This document shows positions 38,820-49,073 of a stretch of 64,000 nucleotides of DNA, one piece after another. The position numbers and the translations under genes are program-made. Below the pieces are notes generated by a model. The model made no database searches and was not told the DNA's origin. It saw only the letters and a program-made list of their open reading frames with translations. The stretch lies in NCBI GenBank assembly GCA_048885925.1, contig JBHLLG010000002.1:38923-102922 (forward strand). The letters run 5' to 3'. This stretch comes from Candidatus Hermodarchaeota archaeon. GTDB taxonomy: Archaea > Asgardarchaeota > Lokiarchaeia > Sigyniarchaeales > SOKP01. Within the stretch, counting starts at the first letter, position 1; every line of letters begins with the position of its first letter.

Positions 38820-39257
38820 TTAATCTGTTTCGACTTCATATTCTAGGATTTCACGAATTCTATCACGTAAGTCAAATCTTATAGCAGACATTCCATATGT
38901 GGTAATCCCTAATTTTTTTTGAACTGTTTTTGCTTTTAAAGCACCAGGAAGATCTTGTTTATTAGCTATAGCAATAATCTTGGTATTCATATATCGCGAA
39001 AACTTCTTATAAATCTCCTTAGTCTTTTCTATGTTATCTTCAGTCGAATCGCATACCAAAACTGTTAATCCTGCTCCTCTTAAAAAATCCTGCCACATGA
39101 AATGATAACGTTCTTGTCCCCCAAAATCCCAAATATTAACCTTTTTTCCATTAAGTTTAGAATTCTCAATCTCTAATCCTACTGTTGGTGTTGTTTCATT
39201 TGGTATTTCTCGTCCTTGAAGTAAAGATACTAATGATGATTTCCCAACACTGCTCAA
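38820..39257 (-). CDS. Arf/Arl-like small GTPase; annotated TTG start truncates the P-loop
   Basis: SSVGKSS, TVG, WDFGGQE (Arf-type WDxGGQ), ANKQDL. The frame stays open for 14 more codons upstream (FEVLSTKTKICFLG) to TGA at 39300..39302, without an ATG, GTG or TTG. Confidence 0.8.
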   Translation of the reverse strand: MSSVGKSSLVSLLQGREIPNETTPTVGLEIENSKLNGKKVNIWDFGGQERYHFMWQDFLRGAGLTVLVCDSTEDNIEKTKEIYKKFSRYMNTKIIAIANKQDLPGALKAKTVQKKLGITTYGMSAIRFDLRDRIREILEYEVETD

Positions 39258-39548
39258 CCCTAAAAAACAAATTTTGGTTTTAGTCGAAAGAACCTCAAAT
39301 CAACCTTTTCTAAATAAACCTTTTTATGTAGAAAAGGCAAATAAAGCTTCAAAAAAGAAAATAATATTCGTATATCATGGGAATATTCCAATAGAATTTA
39401 ATAATAGTTGAATTTTAAATTTAAAATTTAAAAAAAAAATTCTAATTTGAACATAAAAATCCTAATTAGATTAACTTTATAAACTATTTTAAAAAAATAA
39501 TCAAATTAAAATAAGAATATAAGAAAAAATTTCTAAAATAGAGTTTTT

Positions 39549-40844
39549 TTATGATCCAGTCTCAATTTCTTTGACTATACCTACTGCTACGGTTCTGCCC
39601 ATATCTCGTACAGCAAATCGACCCATTTCTGGAAATGCTTCATACTTTTCGAGACACATTTTCTTGATAGGTATTAACTCCACAAGAGCAGATTCATTTT
39701 TCTTGAGAAACTTTGGTGAATCCTCAATCACGGCACCAGTCTTTTGATCCATCTTTTTAAGCAAGCTGGAAAATTTAGCAGCAACTTGTGCTGTATGAGC
39801 ATGAATTACAGGAGTATAACCTTGTGCAATCGCAGTAGGATGCCAAATTACTATAATCTGCCCAGTCCATTTACCATTTGGGTTGATTACAGTTGGTGGG
39901 TCGCTTGGATGGCCAAGACAATCGCCACGGCTAGCATCTGCCATTGTAATACCTCTAATACTGAATCCTACGTTGTCTCCGGGAATAGCTTGTGGAATTT
40001 CTTCATGATGCATTTCTATAGATCGTACTTCTCCTTGGAAACCAGTGGGCATTATAATAATCTTATCTCCTTTCTTTAAAATTCCAGTTTCTACTCTACC
40101 AACAGGAACGACTCCAGTTCCTTTGATTCTATAAGAGTCCTGGATAGGGAGTCTTAACGGTTTGCCAGTAGGTTTCTCAGGAAGAACAAATTGATCAATT
40201 GCATCAATCAACGTTGGACCATCATACCATGGCATTTTGTCGCTTTTCTTTGAGAGATTTTGCATCTGCATACCTGAACAGGGAACAAAAGGCACATCCT
40301 TGAGCTTGAAACCAATATTTTTTAGAAGATCTCCGACAGCTTCTTTAACTTCATTATATCTTGCCTCAGAATAATCATACACATCAGCTTTATTAACTGC
40401 TACAACAATTTGTTTTACGCCTAAAGTTTGAGCCAGATATGCATGTTCCCGAGTCTGCCCATTAGCGGCGATTCCAACCTCCATCTCACCTTTCTTACCG
40501 GAAACAACTAAGATTGCTGCGTCAGCCTGGCTTGCGCCGGTTATCATGTTCTTAACAAAATCCGCGTGGCCTGGTGCATCGATTATTGTGAAGTATTTTG
40601 ATTTAGTTTCAAATTTTCGAAATGCAAGATCGATAGTGATACCTCGTTGTCTTTCTTCTTTTAATCTATCAAAAACAAAGGCATATGACCATGATTCTCG
40701 ATCGTATTCTTTCGCAAGTTTTTCTAACTCACGAGCTTCTCTGTCTGTTACAGCGCCAGTTTCGATTAGTAAAGCACCCATCATGGTACTTTTACCGTGG
40801 TCAATGTGCCCTATTATCACAAGATTTAAATGCTCTTTCATCAA
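39549..40844 (-). CDS. tuf: Translation elongation factor EF-1alpha
   Basis: GHIDHGKST, DAPGH, NKAD; 431 aa. Confidence 0.95.
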   Translation of the reverse strand: MMKEHLNLVIIGHIDHGKSTMMGALLIETGAVTDREARELEKLAKEYDRESWSYAFVFDRLKEERQRGITIDLAFRKFETKSKYFTIIDAPGHADFVKNMITGASQADAAILVVSGKKGEMEVGIAANGQTREHAYLAQTLGVKQIVVAVNKADVYDYSEARYNEVKEAVGDLLKNIGFKLKDVPFVPCSGMQMQNLSKKSDKMPWYDGPTLIDAIDQFVLPEKPTGKPLRLPIQDSYRIKGTGVVPVGRVETGILKKGDKIIIMPTGFQGEVRSIEMHHEEIPQAIPGDNVGFSIRGITMADASRGDCLGHPSDPPTVINPNGKWTGQIIVIWHPTAIAQGYTPVIHAHTAQVAAKFSSLLKKMDQKTGAVIEDSPKFLKKNESALVELIPIKKMCLEKYEAFPEMGRFAVRDMGRTVAVGIVKEIETGS

Positions 40845-41219
40845 TTTTCATCAATTTCCTTTATTTTTAATTTGTAATGTTTATAAATATTTAATATCAA
40901 TAATAATTATTTTTATTAGATGTTAATTTTAAATGTTGTTGAATTTATATTTTTTACTATATTTAAGCGTAATTATCTTGTATAAATAAGTATCGTTATA
41001 AATTTGTGGAAGATTATCTGAGATGCCTTATCTAACTTCAAGTGAAGTTCAACATTTTAAACTATATATTGGTCAAAATCATAAATTGTAATATTCTAGA
41101 TAAAAAAGTAGTAAAAACGCAATATTTAGAATAAAGAATTTAGAATCAAATAAGAAATATAAATGAGATGAAATTTAGCATTATAACAATCAGAATTATT
41201 TAAAGATTAAGGTTTTTAT

Positions 41220-43085
41220 ATGGTAAATGGCTATACTGGCAATATTCTTAGGGTAAATTTGACAGAAGAAAAAATCTCAATTGAAAATCCTGATGAAATT
41301 TTTTACCGACGTTATATTGGTGGTGAAGGTTTTGTTGCTTATTATCTTCTTAAAGAGTTAGAGCCTAAAATAGACCCCCTTAGTCCTAAGAATAAGTTAA
41401 TTTTTGCTAATGGTCCCTTGACTGGATTTGCGATCCCTGGTACAGGTCGAAATAGTGTAGGTGCTAAATCGCCTTTAACAGGTGGATTTGGTGAAGCAGA
41501 AGTTGGAGGACATTGGGGCGCAGAGTTGAAACACGCTGGATTTGATGCGATAATATTTGAGGGTAAAGCAGAGAATCCAGTTTATCTTTGGGTTCACGAT
41601 GGAGAAGCTGAGATAAAGGATGCAACTTATCTTTGGGGTAAAATTACTGGCGAAGCAGAAGAACTTATTAAGAAAGAACTGGATGATAAATTTATTCGTG
41701 TAGCTCAAATTGGTCCAGGAGGAGAACGTTTAGTTCGTTATGCGTGTGTTATTAATGATTTAAGAAATGCTGCGGGGCGTGGGGGAATGGGTGCTGTAAT
41801 GGGATCTAAAAATCTAAAAGCTGTGGTAGTTAGAGGACATAAAAGACTTGAAGTAAAAGATAAAAAAAAAATGAGGAGACTAATAAAGGAGTATTATGAT
41901 GTAGCGTATAAGCCATATGCAAGTTATTTTGAGCATGGTACAGGAGGAGGAATGATGGAGAGGTTTGCAGAATCAGGAAATCTTCCGATAAGAAATTTTA
42001 GAGATGGTAATTTTTTGGGGGCCAAATCGTTAGATCCAAGTATTACGAAAGAAGAAATAAACCTTAAGATGAATGCTTGTTATGCATGTTCGCTTCGATG
42101 TAAGAAAGTTGTAGAAATTAGAGAACCATGGAATGTTGATCCTATGTATGGTGGTCCTGAATATGAATCTATAGCTGCTTTTGGATCAAATTGCGGAATA
42201 GATGATATGAAAGCTGTTTGTAAAGCAAATGAGCTATGTAATAAATATTCATTAGATACTATATCTACTGGAGTTTCCATTGGGTTTGGGATGGAATGTT
42301 ATGAGAATGGAATTTTGTCTGATAAAGATACTAATGGAATAAAATTAAATTTCGGAAATGCTGAAGCTATGATCCAAATGGTTGAAATGATTGCTAAGCG
42401 TGAAGGTTTAGGTGATATTTTAGCTGAGGGTGTAAGAAGGGCAGCTGAAAAGATTAAAAATGGATCCGAAGAATTTGCAATGCATGTTAAAGGACAGGAG
42501 ATTCCTATGCATGAACCTCGCTTAAAAAAAGGATTGGGGGTTGGTTATACAATTTCACCTACGGGTGCGGAACATATGGCAAACATGCATGATACATCTT
42601 TTGCAAGTGAAAGAGCAATAGGCACTCATAGTGCTATAGGTATTTTGGAACCTCTTGAGCCAGATGATCTAAGTGCAAAAAAAATTCGCATTTTAACTTA
42701 TTTTACTAATTGGCAAAATTTATCCAATGCATTATTGATATGTTACTTTTTACCTTGGGATTATGTTGATATTCCAGAAATGGTTAGAGCTGTAACAGGA
42801 TGGTATACTTCAGCGTGGGAATTAATGAAAGTAGGTGAGAGAATTACAACTATGGCAAGAGTTTTTAATATAAGAGAGGGATTTACAGATAAAGATGATT
42901 GGTTGCCTAAAAGATTTTTCAAGCCGACTACTTCAGGAGCTCTTGTAGACACTCAAATTAATTCAGAAGAATTAAAATATGCAATCAATATATATTATAA
43001 AATGATGGGCTGGAGTGATAAGGGTGTACCCACAAAAGTTAAGTTAGAAGAATTAGATATAAATTGGCTTTCTAAATACCTCTGA
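41220..43085 (+). CDS. aor: Tungsten-type aldehyde:ferredoxin oxidoreductase family protein
   Basis: N-terminal GYTGNILRVNLTEEKI...YIGGEGF, the 4Fe-4S Cys region CYACSLRCKK, 621 aa. Confidence 0.9.
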   Translation: MVNGYTGNILRVNLTEEKISIENPDEIFYRRYIGGEGFVAYYLLKELEPKIDPLSPKNKLIFANGPLTGFAIPGTGRNSVGAKSPLTGGFGEAEVGGHWGAELKHAGFDAIIFEGKAENPVYLWVHDGEAEIKDATYLWGKITGEAEELIKKELDDKFIRVAQIGPGGERLVRYACVINDLRNAAGRGGMGAVMGSKNLKAVVVRGHKRLEVKDKKKMRRLIKEYYDVAYKPYASYFEHGTGGGMMERFAESGNLPIRNFRDGNFLGAKSLDPSITKEEINLKMNACYACSLRCKKVVEIREPWNVDPMYGGPEYESIAAFGSNCGIDDMKAVCKANELCNKYSLDTISTGVSIGFGMECYENGILSDKDTNGIKLNFGNAEAMIQMVEMIAKREGLGDILAEGVRRAAEKIKNGSEEFAMHVKGQEIPMHEPRLKKGLGVGYTISPTGAEHMANMHDTSFASERAIGTHSAIGILEPLEPDDLSAKKIRILTYFTNWQNLSNALLICYFLPWDYVDIPEMVRAVTGWYTSAWELMKVGERITTMARVFNIREGFTDKDDWLPKRFFKPTTSGALVDTQINSEELKYAINIYYKMMGWSDKGVPTKVKLEELDINWLSKYL

Positions 43086-43137
43086 ATTACGAATTTTCTT
43101 AAATAAAGCACAATATTTTTCTTATTTATTATTTTTT

Positions 43138-43368
43138 TTATGTTTCCAAATTAGAGAAATATTCCCCTTTTAAATCATAAAATAATTCTTCCCTATTTTC
43201 TCTTATCAATTGAAAGATTTCATCCATTTCTGTCTTAAAATTGTAAATATTTCCTAAAGAATCAGAGATCTCTTCTATAGCTTTATCACTTTTAAATTTT
43301 TGAAATACTAATTCAAGATCATAAATATTGACGGAAGTCTCTTTAAAAAAGTCTAAAAGATGGTGCAA
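43138..43368 (-). CDS. Hypothetical protein; real gene probably extends to 43596/43607 (start region damaged)
   Basis: The track ORF starts at TTG 43368, but the frame is open upstream to 43596 (LKIPNWLIHIKWAKKAGINEDVANIVNIALDYGFNW...). An ATG at 43607 (MKSD) sits one frame away. Confidence 0.4.
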   Translation of the reverse strand: MHHLLDFFKETSVNIYDLELVFQKFKSDKAIEEISDSLGNIYNFKTEMDEIFQLIRENREELFYDLKGEYFSNLET

Positions 43369-43710
43369 ATAAAGCGCTTTAATATAACTTTTCTTAAGTT
43401 TATTTTTTTCATTAAAATATTTTAATTGTTGAACAAAGATGCTATCATTATTTTTTTCAAAATCTATGATATTATCTCTATAAAATGTCCAATTAAAACC
43501 ATAATCTAAAGCAATATTTACAATATTTGCTACATCTTCATTAATACCCGCTTTTTTCGCCCATTTGATATGAATTAACCAATTGGGAATTTTTAATCAC
43601 TTTTCATTTATGTATTTTATTTTAAGATAAAAAAAAATAAAAAATCATAGAATATTAAATTAAATTAAGAAATAAAAAAAAAAATAATTAATACCCGAGT
43701 TATCAATACC

Positions 43711-44529
43711 ATGGTAAAGAGCAAAACAAAATTCCCAAGAGAAGGAGAGTTTGTTATTGCTAAAGTAACAGAGATACAAGATCAGTATGTGTACGTAGAT
43801 TTAATTGATTATGAAGGTTTGGAGTCAGAACAATGCGCAAAAGGTATGATACATGTATCAGAAATAAGTTCACGCTGGATTAAAAATATTCGCAATTATG
43901 TTCGAGTTGCTCAAAGAATTGTTCTAAGAGTATTGAGAGTAGATCCAATTAAAGGTCACATTGACCTATCATTAAGGCGAGTCAACTCTGCTCAAAGAGA
44001 GATTCGCCTTAAGGAATGGAAATATGCTTTAAAATTAGAAAATTTACTACAATTCCTTCTAGACACAGAAGTTATTGATATGACTCTTGATGAAGCATAC
44101 AATTTAATAGGCTTTCCTGTCTTAGAAGAATTTGATTCTTATCAAGAAGCAATTGAAAGTCTGAAAGAGAATGGAGAAGAAATACTCGCTGATTTAGAAA
44201 TATCAGATGATATCATAAGTGTTTTTTTGAAAATAATAGATGAAAATGTAAAAATTTCAACGGTAAGTATTAGCGGTAAAATTAAATTAACATTCAATTC
44301 AGCAAATGGGATAGATCAAATAAAAGAATCATTAATAGAAGCGTCCAAAGTAATCAAACCGAAAAAAACAAGAAATATTGCTATTCATTATATTGCAGCA
44401 CCCTTTTATAGGTTAGAGGTAGTTTCAAAAGATTATTTAGATGCCGAAAACATTTTAGCAGATGCATTAGAAATAATTGAACATAAAGCTCAAAAATATG
44501 GTGGAACTTATGAATTTATTCGAGATTAA
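43711..44529 (+). CDS. eif2a: Translation initiation factor aIF2 alpha subunit
   Basis: N-terminal S1 domain (PREGEFVIAKV...GMIHVSEISSRWIKNIRNYV...IDLSLRRV), 272 aa. Followed by nop10, as is common in archaea. Confidence 0.9.
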   Translation: MVKSKTKFPREGEFVIAKVTEIQDQYVYVDLIDYEGLESEQCAKGMIHVSEISSRWIKNIRNYVRVAQRIVLRVLRVDPIKGHIDLSLRRVNSAQREIRLKEWKYALKLENLLQFLLDTEVIDMTLDEAYNLIGFPVLEEFDSYQEAIESLKENGEEILADLEISDDIISVFLKIIDENVKISTVSISGKIKLTFNSANGIDQIKESLIEASKVIKPKKTRNIAIHYIAAPFYRLEVVSKDYLDAENILADALEIIEHKAQKYGGTYEFIRD

Positions 44530-44553
44530 TATATTAAATAAAAAGTTATAAAA

Positions 44554-44745
44554 ATGACTAAATACCTTCAAAAATGTAAAGAATGTAATAGATATAGTTT
44601 ATATAAACCCGATTTGAAATGTCGCTATTGCGGTGGACAATTAATAAACCCAAAACCTCCTAAATTTTCTTTAACAGATAAATACGCGAAATATCGATTA
44701 CAATATTTTAAAGAAGAATTTGATAAGAAGGTTAAAAAAGACTAG
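44554..44745 (+). CDS. nop10: H/ACA RNP protein Nop10
   Basis: CKECNRYSL...CRYCGG zinc ribbon followed by PPKFSLTDKYAKYR; 63 aa. Confidence 0.85.
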   Translation: MTKYLQKCKECNRYSLYKPDLKCRYCGGQLINPKPPKFSLTDKYAKYRLQYFKEEFDKKVKKD

Positions 44746-45407
44746 GAGATATCAATTTTTTCAGCAAATTTTTCCATAATAAGGATATTTGCGTTTTGTT
44801 GAGGTAAATTCGCAATATCTTCTTTTTCGAAAGGTCCATAATTTATAAGATCAATACCTACTAAAGGAGGGGTATTTTTCAAAAATCTAATTGGTATATA
44901 ACTAATCTTTTCTTTCTTAATTTTAACCTCAGGCTTAGAAATCACAGATAATTGTTCCTTACTTGAACTTGGAATATCATCAGCAGAGGATTTTATATCA
45001 ACTGTACTTTTAATTATTTCTTCAAATAGTTCTTGATCCTCTTCATACAATGAAACAGCCTTTACTTTCTGATATCCTTTGATAGAACTTACAATATTTT
45101 GATATAGCAATTTTTCAGTTTCGAGAAGATTATCTAAATTGATTTCCTCAAGAGCTAATGCGGAATTTATTATTTTAATTTCCCGAATCTTCAAAAAATC
45201 ATTAAATAAAAAATTCAAGTTATCCTTATATACTCGGATTATACTTTCCTTTAATTCATTCTTATCATTTTCCTGATAATCATTAATAAAATTACAAGAA
45301 GTCTTATATTCCTTAAAGAGTTTTTGAGTTAACTCAGTTAATTCTGGATTTTGGAATTCTTTAAGCCAATGTTCATAAAGTTTCTCATATTCTTTTGGTA
45401 AATCCAT
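44742..45407 (-). CDS. GINS subunit (Gins51/Gins15-like)
   Basis: Helical A-domain (LYEHWLKE...FLKIREIKII...LLETEKLLYQNI) plus a small C-terminal B-domain (IPIRFLKNTPPLVGIDLINYGPFEKEDIANLPQQNANILI). Lies immediately downstream of priS. Confidence 0.6.
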   Translation of the reverse strand: MDLPKEYEKLYEHWLKEFQNPELTELTQKLFKEYKTSCNFINDYQENDKNELKESIIRVYKDNLNFLFNDFLKIREIKIINSALALEEINLDNLLETEKLLYQNIVSSIKGYQKVKAVSLYEEDQELFEEIIKSTVDIKSSADDIPSSSKEQLSVISKPEVKIKKEKISYIPIRFLKNTPPLVGIDLINYGPFEKEDIANLPQQNANILIMEKFAEKIDIS

Positions 45408-45467
45408 AAATATCGAATTTGTAATTTAATATATTAAAAAAGTGTTCTTAAGTTTAAATTTTTTAAC

Positions 45468-46766
45468 TTATATGGTTTTAGCAACTTCTTTACACAATAA
45501 AAACACCGCAAAATGGTGAGGGACTTCTATTTTTTGTCCCTTTTTGTAAGGTCCATAAGTTTCACCCTTAATTTTTGTTATAGGAACTAAATTTTCAATG
45601 ATTTCTAACTTTTGAGAGACTTCTTTTTCACTTTGAAATACAATGGGATCTAAAAGTGCATTCCCCTCATCTAAGGGATGAAAATTATCAAGATCATCGG
45701 GAAAAAGTTCTTGAACTTTAAAACCCGTTTTCCCATGTAACGAACCTGGATATCTAATAAGTCTGTGAATATCAATTGTAACTGGCTCATCAATTTTGGC
45801 ACCAATTTCACTAATAATTCCATTTAAGAATAAAGACCAGTTTTTAATTCCAAAACCTTCTACGTTCCATACATTATAGTTATTTTGTGAGATAGATTGT
45901 AAAAAGTCATCCTTAGAATTTAAAAAACTCTTAATTGTATCTGTTTTCAATCCAAACTTAGTTAATATTGATCGGATTTTATCATCTGGATATTTTTGTA
46001 AAAGTTCAATAATTTGATTCATAATTTTTTGAGACCATCCAATATTGTTTTCCAATAAACCGTAAATCACATTATTGAATTGTCTTAATCCTAAAATTTC
46101 AAGAGAAATATTACTTCCCGATACATAGCTAGCAATTTCTCTCCTTTCTTCACCCGTTAGAGTTCTCACGTCTTCATTTTCTATTTTTAAATGGTACCCA
46201 CGATGTCCTGAAAATGCAATTTTCATCTGTTCTAAAGAAATTCCAAAATCCGGAATTAAAAACTTGTAAATTAATTTCATTAATTGATTTTTTGCAATTC
46301 CTAAACAATCCTCGCAAATCCAAGTTAATGATTTAAGTTTTAAACTTTTGCAACTTGGACACTTTTTTACCATTCCTGTACCTGATTCACCACAGTCTAC
46401 ACAATTCCAAAGATCATGTTCATTTTTACAAGGAGTATAAAAGTGGTCTACATCAATATCAAATATGAGATCACAACCTTGATATTCTTTATTGCTCATA
46501 TCTGGATTATCTGGTTGTAGATAAATAGATCCACTTGAATAAATATGCTTAGGTCCTTCATTAATCAAATATTTTTTCAGATTATCAGGATCTTTAAAAC
46601 TGATATGTCTTTTCATAATTGTTTGCTTATCCCAAGGAATAAAACCGAATTCTCGTTTATTGAATAAATTTACTGAAGTAATTTCTGTTCTTTTTTCTTT
46701 ATAATATGCTTGAAATAACTTTTTTAAATAAGATATATTACTCATTTTCATTTTCTGATTTTTCAT
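45468..46766 (-). CDS. priS: DNA primase small (catalytic) subunit PriS
   Basis: Catalytic DLIFDIDVDH, a zinc-knuckle Cys cluster (CVDCGESG..CPSCKS..CEDC), and RYPGSLHGKTGF. Confidence 0.9.
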   Translation of the reverse strand: MKNQKMKMSNISYLKKLFQAYYKEKRTEITSVNLFNKREFGFIPWDKQTIMKRHISFKDPDNLKKYLINEGPKHIYSSGSIYLQPDNPDMSNKEYQGCDLIFDIDVDHFYTPCKNEHDLWNCVDCGESGTGMVKKCPSCKSLKLKSLTWICEDCLGIAKNQLMKLIYKFLIPDFGISLEQMKIAFSGHRGYHLKIENEDVRTLTGEERREIASYVSGSNISLEILGLRQFNNVIYGLLENNIGWSQKIMNQIIELLQKYPDDKIRSILTKFGLKTDTIKSFLNSKDDFLQSISQNNYNVWNVEGFGIKNWSLFLNGIISEIGAKIDEPVTIDIHRLIRYPGSLHGKTGFKVQELFPDDLDNFHPLDEGNALLDPIVFQSEKEVSQKLEIIENLVPITKIKGETYGPYKKGQKIEVPHHFAVFLLCKEVAKTI

Positions 46767-47997
46767 TTGTGTAATTCTTCCATTTTGAAGCTCTATATTG
46801 TTTTATTCTAGTATACGCTAAAGGATGAGCTAATTTTTTTCTTTCACTAGGTTCCTTTGCACCATAGCCTATTAAGCACAATTCATCTTTATAATTCCCT
46901 GCCAGACATAAATTTAATGTTTTTAGCGATAAACATTTGTAGGGAGTGTACTTTTTCTTTTTAGCGAAATTGACTTGGTAGGAAGTTTTTTCTCTATCAA
47001 AATCTGGGAGTGTTGAAAACACATTTACAACCTTTTCTTCAGGATAATCAAGAGCAAGTAAAAACCAGACTATAAAGAGTCTTTCATTATGAATTAAATT
47101 CTGACCTTCTTGCGCTTTTCTTAGAATTCCTTTAACACACGGTGGAAAAAGTGCAAAAAGATCATCCTCCTTCTCAAAATCAAGATTAAATACATATTCA
47201 AATTCTTCTTTACGTTCAGCCCATGCATTTGAAATTATATCAAATACTTCTTTAAAATCTTTTATTTTTAAGATATTTTGTAAAAGTGCATTTAATGAAG
47301 CCTTATCATCTACTTCTTTGAGAAGGAATCTATTTCTTACATATTCTTGGATAAGTCTAATTAGTCTTTTATTTTGAATGAATACATATCCCTCTGAAAG
47401 AGAATTATGAACTAACTTCCTATAATCATCTCTTAAGTTTGCCGCAAGTTTCAAATAATCAACAAAATGAATTGTAAAATTTGTTTTAAGATTTTGATGC
47501 TGATCCTTTAAGATTATTTTACCATAATTAATAGGTATATTATAATATCTTATTTTTAATCCTAAATCTTGACATATATTATAAAGGGTTGAATCGTTTT
47601 TCTCATCAATCAATTCATCATAAGTTATTTTTGAATAAAGATTTGCTATTCTATTAGTAATCATTTGATTATCTAAAACATAAAGAAAGATATTTAAAAG
47701 TAAATAAACGTAAATATTTAGATTATCAGTTTTGTAATCAGTTATTCCCTCTAAATTATCAAATGCAGCTTTAAATAGATTTAAAATTCGTTCTTTGAGT
47801 TCACTACCAAAATCTTCAGAAAACGTTTCAAATGCAAACTCAACTGGGTCCTTTAAAGCAATTTCAGAATAATAGTCTTTTAAAGATGGGAGCCATGGAT
47901 ATTTTTTTAATAAATCAAAAGTACTACTCATTACCTGTAAACTTTCTCTTTTTAAAGCTATTTTAACTAATTTGAATATAATGATGGAACAATTCAT
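46738..47997 (-). CDS. priL: DNA primase large subunit PriL
   Basis: PPCVKGIL plus C-terminal Fe-S Cys residues (YKCLSL..LCLAG..LC). An alternative ATG at 47931 (MSSTFDLLKKYPWLP) is possible. Overlaps the priS start by 29 nt. Confidence 0.85.
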   Translation of the reverse strand: MNCSIIIFKLVKIALKRESLQVMSSTFDLLKKYPWLPSLKDYYSEIALKDPVEFAFETFSEDFGSELKERILNLFKAAFDNLEGITDYKTDNLNIYVYLLLNIFLYVLDNQMITNRIANLYSKITYDELIDEKNDSTLYNICQDLGLKIRYYNIPINYGKIILKDQHQNLKTNFTIHFVDYLKLAANLRDDYRKLVHNSLSEGYVFIQNKRLIRLIQEYVRNRFLLKEVDDKASLNALLQNILKIKDFKEVFDIISNAWAERKEEFEYVFNLDFEKEDDLFALFPPCVKGILRKAQEGQNLIHNERLFIVWFLLALDYPEEKVVNVFSTLPDFDREKTSYQVNFAKKKKYTPYKCLSLKTLNLCLAGNYKDELCLIGYGAKEPSERKKLAHPLAYTRIKQYRASKWKNYTNEKSENENE

Positions 47998-48086
47998 TAA
48001 TAAATTAAGAGTAAATCAATTTACTAATAATTTTAATAAATCTATTAACAAACTAATAAATAATAAATAGTTAGAGAAGGATAGAA

Positions 48087-48890
48087 CTAAAATTCATCCA
48101 TATCATCTTCATCTTCAAATTCGGCTTCTTCTACTCTTGGAGCTAAGAAGTAGCTTAATTCTCCACCCTCAAGAAGATTAAAAATCATCTTTAAAGGATG
48201 ATCTGTTTTTAATGATATTTCTAATTTTTCAGTAATAGATGCTATCTTCAAAATCGCCTTTAAAAAAGTTAATGAATATGCTCCACTACTAGATTCACTA
48301 ATATCATGCTCAATTAAATCATCATCACTCAAGCTATATTCCATTTCACCTATTTGACCTGTGGAATTAAATAAAAGACCTTGTCCTGCTGTTGCATTTA
48401 TATTAAGGATTTCAGAATATATTTCAGCGTCTTTTATTGCTTCAACTAAAAATTCTGGTTCAAGTACCCATTTCGCTGGATATTCAATTCTTAATAAATT
48501 GTCCATCGGGATTTCTTCAATATCAATATCTAATAATGCTAAGCTAAATGTGCGCGAACGCGACATACCTTCTCGTTGCATCTTAATTTTTATTTTTTGA
48601 TCAGATTCATTGAAATCGATTTCAACTGAATCATTGGCAGCACTTCTTTTTAAAATTTTATCTAGATCATCTAAATTTAATCCAACTTTGGATTCTTTAT
48701 CGCATTGGTAATCGTCAAAATTTTCCTTCTTAATTGATAGTTTAAGTAAACAAATTCTTGAGGGATCCATAGCACTTATAGTAAATTCTTTAGGAGTAAC
48801 TCGGAATTCTGTTTCATCAATGATACTCGCAAGGGTTTCGACAATTCCTTTTAAAATCCGACTATTTTCTAATTTTAATGTAAAACTCAT
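48087..48890 (-). CDS. pcn: PCNA sliding clamp with acidic C-terminal tail
   Basis: The pattern MSFTLKLENSRILKGIVETLASIIDETEFRVTPKEFTISAMDPSRICLL is typical of archaeal PCNA. Tail is EEAEFEDEDDMDEF. Confidence 0.9.
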   Translation of the reverse strand: MSFTLKLENSRILKGIVETLASIIDETEFRVTPKEFTISAMDPSRICLLKLSIKKENFDDYQCDKESKVGLNLDDLDKILKRSAANDSVEIDFNESDQKIKIKMQREGMSRSRTFSLALLDIDIEEIPMDNLLRIEYPAKWVLEPEFLVEAIKDAEIYSEILNINATAGQGLLFNSTGQIGEMEYSLSDDDLIEHDISESSSGAYSLTFLKAILKIASITEKLEISLKTDHPLKMIFNLLEGGELSYFLAPRVEEAEFEDEDDMDEF

Positions 48891-49073
48891 AATCTTTCAG
48901 TATATTTATTCCATTATAATTAAGATAATATAGTTTGATTCGCATTATTAATAATGTTTGATATTAGTATTTTAATAATGCCAATTTTAGATATTAAATT
49001 AATTATTTATACTTATCTTAAATTTTCAAACTTGTATTTATTAAGTAATTATATGATTTTTATTTAAAAAAAA

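Noticed and set aside
41035-41050. 16-bp palindrome AACTTCA-ag-TGAAGTT between EF-1alpha and aor
   Set aside because: It is a single occurrence. With ~30% G+C I estimate that several 7-bp-arm palindromes are expected by chance in 64 kb, so it is not significant on its own.
30020-43000. Antisense ORFs 30020..30325, 34165..34356, 35212..35400, 36391..36582, 38041..38346, 38623..38811, 39744..40079, 40546..40926, 40685..40870, 41475..41708, 42080..42280 and 42761..42952
   Set aside because: All are embedded in or overlap confidently identified genes on the opposite strand (aglB, eno, csl4, RNase III-like/DUF99, EF-1alpha, aor).
48361-48600. Plus-strand ORF 48361..48600
   Set aside because: It is antisense to pcn.
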